From NCBI GenBank assembly GCA_024402435.1, contig JAKSTU010000007.1, forward strand, positions 2,819 through 66,818: DNA of 64,000 nucleotides, written 5' to 3'. The notes under the pieces are model-generated. The model made no database searches and had not been told where the DNA came from. It saw only the letters and a list, made by a program, of their open reading frames with translations. A program made the translations under genes and the position numbers. This document shows, piece after piece, positions 61,922-64,000 of the stretch. This DNA is from Treponemataceae bacterium (GTDB taxonomy: Bacteria; Spirochaetota; Spirochaetia; Treponematales; Treponemataceae). Within the stretch, counting starts at the first letter, position 1; each line of letters begins with the position of its first letter.

Positions 61922-63391
61922 TTATTTTTTTGTGCCTTCAAGAACTGCTCTCAAAGCGCCCAGTTTTTCGTTTGTTTCTTCCCATTCACGGTCAGGATTG
62001 CTGTCGTAAACGATTCCGCCACCGGCCTGCAGTGTCCAGGTTGATTCCTGTTTGAGCGCACAACGGATTCCGATGCAGAAATCCAGATCTCCTGAAGCCT
62101 GCAGATAACCGATTGCACCTGCATAGAACTTGCGGCGGACTTTCTCCAGCCGGCTCAAGATTTCTATTGCACTGATTTTTGGCGAACCGCTTACTGTTCC
62201 GGCAGGGAATGCTGAGCGCAGAACCTGAATCTGCTTGAAGTCACTGCGGACTTTTCCCTGAACATCGCTTACAAGGTGCATGACATGGCTGAAGTATTCG
62301 CAGTCCATGAAGCGGGTAACTTCTACGCTGCCCGGTTCACATACGCGGCCCAAGTCATTGCGGGCAAGGTCAACAAGCATAAGGTGTTCGCTGCGTTCTT
62401 TGGGATCGCCCAGAAGGTTTGCTTTGAGTGCTTCGTCTTCTGCAGAATCTTTTCCGCGGCGGCGGGTTCCTGCAATTGGTCGGATTGACGCAATTCCTTC
62501 ACGGACACGGACCAGACTTTCCGGAGAAGAGCCGACCAGCTGACGGTCCCCGAAATCTATGTAGAGCAGGTAGGGTGACGGATTGACAGAGCGCAGACGG
62601 CGGTAAACTTCCATGGCACTTGTTTCGCTTTCAAGCTGAAGTCTGCGGCTGGGAACTGCCTGAAAAATGTTTCCTGCCACAATTTCCTTTTTGAGTGCAA
62701 CAACTTTTTCTTTGTATTCCCGCTCTGAAACTTCCAGATCTGTAATCGTGCGGCAGGGCATGGGATCTTCCGGCGGTGCCAGATAGCTGAAGTCCAGGTC
62801 GCTGAGCCGTTTTTTAAGATTGTCTACGGCTTTTTTGAGGTCGATCTGGTGTTCTGTGTAATTGAGGGCAAAAATATGCAGTGTTTCTGTAAAGTGGTCG
62901 AAAACGATGTAAATATGGCCGGCGATGAATTCGCTTTCCGGAATTTTCAGTTCATCAACTTGTGGTGCAAGTGTAATGGTGTCACAACGGGCGCAGAATT
63001 CGTAACTGAGGTAACCGATTCCGCTTGCAGGCACCGGAATGTTCTTAACGGGCATTTCGTTTTCGCCGGCAACATACATGAGTGCATCAAGAATATCCGG
63101 TGTGTGCGGCACTTTGCTTCCAGGTGCAATTGGCTCGATTTTTCCGCCTGCGCTTTCTGCAGTCTGTGCTGTAAAAGGTACGCGGCGTCCGTCAATTATG
63201 AATGCGATTCCTTCGTCGTCCTGAAGAATATGGAATGCTTCTTCCATCATAAGGATTGAAAAGCGTTCTTTGCCCATGTTGAAGCGTGCGCTTTCAAGAA
63301 TAGCTTTTGCACCGATTTTGCGTGCAAGACTGTAAGGTGTATAACGGTCACTGGGGAGTGAAAGATAAATGCTGTCTGTTCTCTTGATCAT
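61922..63391 (-). CDS. trpE: anthranilate synthase component I
   Basis: Chorismate-binding motifs: LYIDFGDRQLVGSSPE, IAGTRRRG, HLMLVDLARND and GGGIVYDSNPDREWEE. Confidence 0.95.
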   Translation of the reverse strand: MIKRTDSIYLSLPSDRYTPYSLARKIGAKAILESARFNMGKERFSILMMEEAFHILQDDEGIAFIIDGRRVPFTAQTAESAGGKIEPIAPGSKVPHTPDILDALMYVAGENEMPVKNIPVPASGIGYLSYEFCARCDTITLAPQVDELKIPESEFIAGHIYIVFDHFTETLHIFALNYTEHQIDLKKAVDNLKKRLSDLDFSYLAPPEDPMPCRTITDLEVSEREYKEKVVALKKEIVAGNIFQAVPSRRLQLESETSAMEVYRRLRSVNPSPYLLYIDFGDRQLVGSSPESLVRVREGIASIRPIAGTRRRGKDSAEDEALKANLLGDPKERSEHLMLVDLARNDLGRVCEPGSVEVTRFMDCEYFSHVMHLVSDVQGKVRSDFKQIQVLRSAFPAGTVSGSPKISAIEILSRLEKVRRKFYAGAIGYLQASGDLDFCIGIRCALKQESTWTLQAGGGIVYDSNPDREWEETNEKLGALRAVLEGTKK

Positions 63392-63408
63392 TTGTAAGCT
63401 CCGATATT

Positions 63409-63472
63409 TGTTACTATTAGCAGAAACATAGGGATAATATAAAACTCAAATCCGTTTCTGTCAATAGTAACA
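63409..63472. promoter_or_regulatory. 19-bp inverted repeat (17/19 match) bracketing the trp promoter: operator candidate
   Basis: Arms are TGTTACTATTAGCAGAAAC (63409-63427) and GTTTCTGTCAATAGTAACA (63454-63472). One arm contains the -35. Confidence 0.6.
63436..63464 (-). promoter_or_regulatory. trp operon promoter TTGACA-N17-TATATT
   Basis: The minus strand has TTGACA (63464-63459), a 17-nt spacer and TATATT (63441-63436), about 45 nt upstream of the trpE ATG. Confidence 0.7.
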
Positions 63473-63495
63473 GTTTTTGCAACTTACACAACTGA

Positions 63496-63659
63496 GAGAA
63501 TTTGCGCCTTCAAATAATATGAAAAATAACGGAACGCAGCCGGAGTCCTGAAAATAAATCGCTTGCAACTTGTTGCACCGCGATTTGTTTTCAGGATTTC
63601 GGCGATAGTGCAGTTATTTTTTTTACATGTGGAAAGACTGTATTGTGAGAATTTGCGCC
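63496..63659. repeat. palindromic about 138-bp element flanked by the 13-bp direct repeat GAGAATTTGCGCC (MITE-like, or an elaborate terminator)
   Basis: Direct repeats at 63496-63508 and 63647-63659. Inner inverted repeat TCCTGAAAATAAATCGC...GCGATTTGTTTTCAGGA (63549-63599). Outer inverted repeat TGAAAAATAAC...GTTATTTTTT. Confidence 0.5.
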
Positions 63660-63663
63660 GCAA

Positions 63664-64000
63664 TCAGTTCCGGATCCATTCCTCTGCATCCTGGGACAGG
63701 ACCGCATAAGTGTTGTCACAAAGATTCCGCAGTCTGAATGACACAGGAAGAAGATCTTCGATTGCAACGTTTCTGTCGACTCCGGCTTTGATCCACTGAT
63801 ACATTCCGTCAATGTCTGAGACCGCATAAAGTTTTTCGGAAACTGTAACTGCCGTGATCATGGTATTGCTGTTCCTCCATTTTCTGCTTACATCAGAATT
63901 TACCCAAAGGCCGAAAGCACCGCTGTTGTTTGAATCTGCGGGACGGTATTTTGTTATGTCATCAATGATTTCCTGACTGGAAAGATTTGAACTGATGAGG
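63664..64000 (-). CDS. hypothetical protein, C-terminal part (5' end lies outside the window)
   Basis: The minus frame is open from the window edge (…SNNSGAFGLWVNSDVSRKWRNSNTMITAVTVSEKLYAV...AEEWIRN*). No domain recognised. Confidence 0.5.
   Translation of the reverse strand, partial: LISSNLSSQEIIDDITKYRPADSNNSGAFGLWVNSDVSRKWRNSNTMITAVTVSEKLYAVSDIDGMYQWIKAGVDRNVAIEDLLPVSFRLRNLCDNTYAVLSQDAEEWIRN

Overview
The window reads as ordinary chromosome, probably from a Spirochaetota (Treponema-like) bacterium. That assignment is inferred from gene content, spirochaete-style lipoprotein signals and about 47% GC, with no search behind it. It is densely coding: I support about 52 CDS and see no rRNA, tRNA, CRISPR array, transposase, integrase or phage genes.

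Gene blocks, left to right:
- **1-6176:** an LplABC-type sugar ABC importer tail with GH2 and GH43 hydrolases.
- **6233-11205:** acyl-CoA ligase, an OmpR-type two-component pair, a TIM-barrel isomerase and MarR.
- **11260-16738:** a secreted beta-rich protein, transcribed divergently from an operon of ECF sigma, a membrane anti-sigma candidate and a secreted caspase-fold (C14) protease.
- **16906-20612:** a heterodimeric ABC exporter.
- **20812-26519:** hydrolase, lipoprotein, pgk and a B12/radical SAM protein.
- **26890-32673:** a five-gene peptide ABC importer.
- **32776-35097:** an overlapping PilZ, RlmM-like methyltransferase and WYL regulator trio.
- **35114-37644:** Hpt with REC-GGDEF(degenerate)-EAL.
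- **37869-44742:** XRE-cupin regulator, acyl-CoA synthetase, NFACT/RqcH-like protein, an amino-acid ABC importer and one orphan ORF.
- **44759-48948:** a phosphorelay made of REC-STAS-like-REC, a sensorless hybrid kinase and a PHP phosphatase.
- **49040-56217:** HAD hydrolase, a short sigma-70 family factor, ackA, a PfkB kinase, an LplD-like GH4 and a 2-hydroxyacid dehydrogenase.
- **56314-63391:** a complete trpE-GD-CF-B-A operon.

The best candidate for an undescribed system is the translationally coupled ECF sigma / DUF4384-like anti-sigma / surface caspase-fold protease operon at 12934-16738.

Other non-standard signals:
- A GIY-YIG cassette sits between trpB and trpA. It carries one in-frame TGA and is bracketed by inverted copies of a 23-bp motif.
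- A related 23-bp/40-bp repeat array lies at 2139-2523.
- A 113-bp hairpin-rich tandem repeat sits inside the sugar operon.
- Several long structured intergenic elements are present.
- Phased short repeats lie upstream of the sigma-70 gene.
- The same T-tract motif lies upstream of two secreted-protein genes.
- A 19-bp inverted repeat straddles the trp promoter.
- Several genes have a -10 box 6-8 nt upstream of the ATG and no Shine-Dalgarno, suggesting leaderless mRNAs.

All domain calls come from motif recognition by eye. No HMM or BLAST search was possible.
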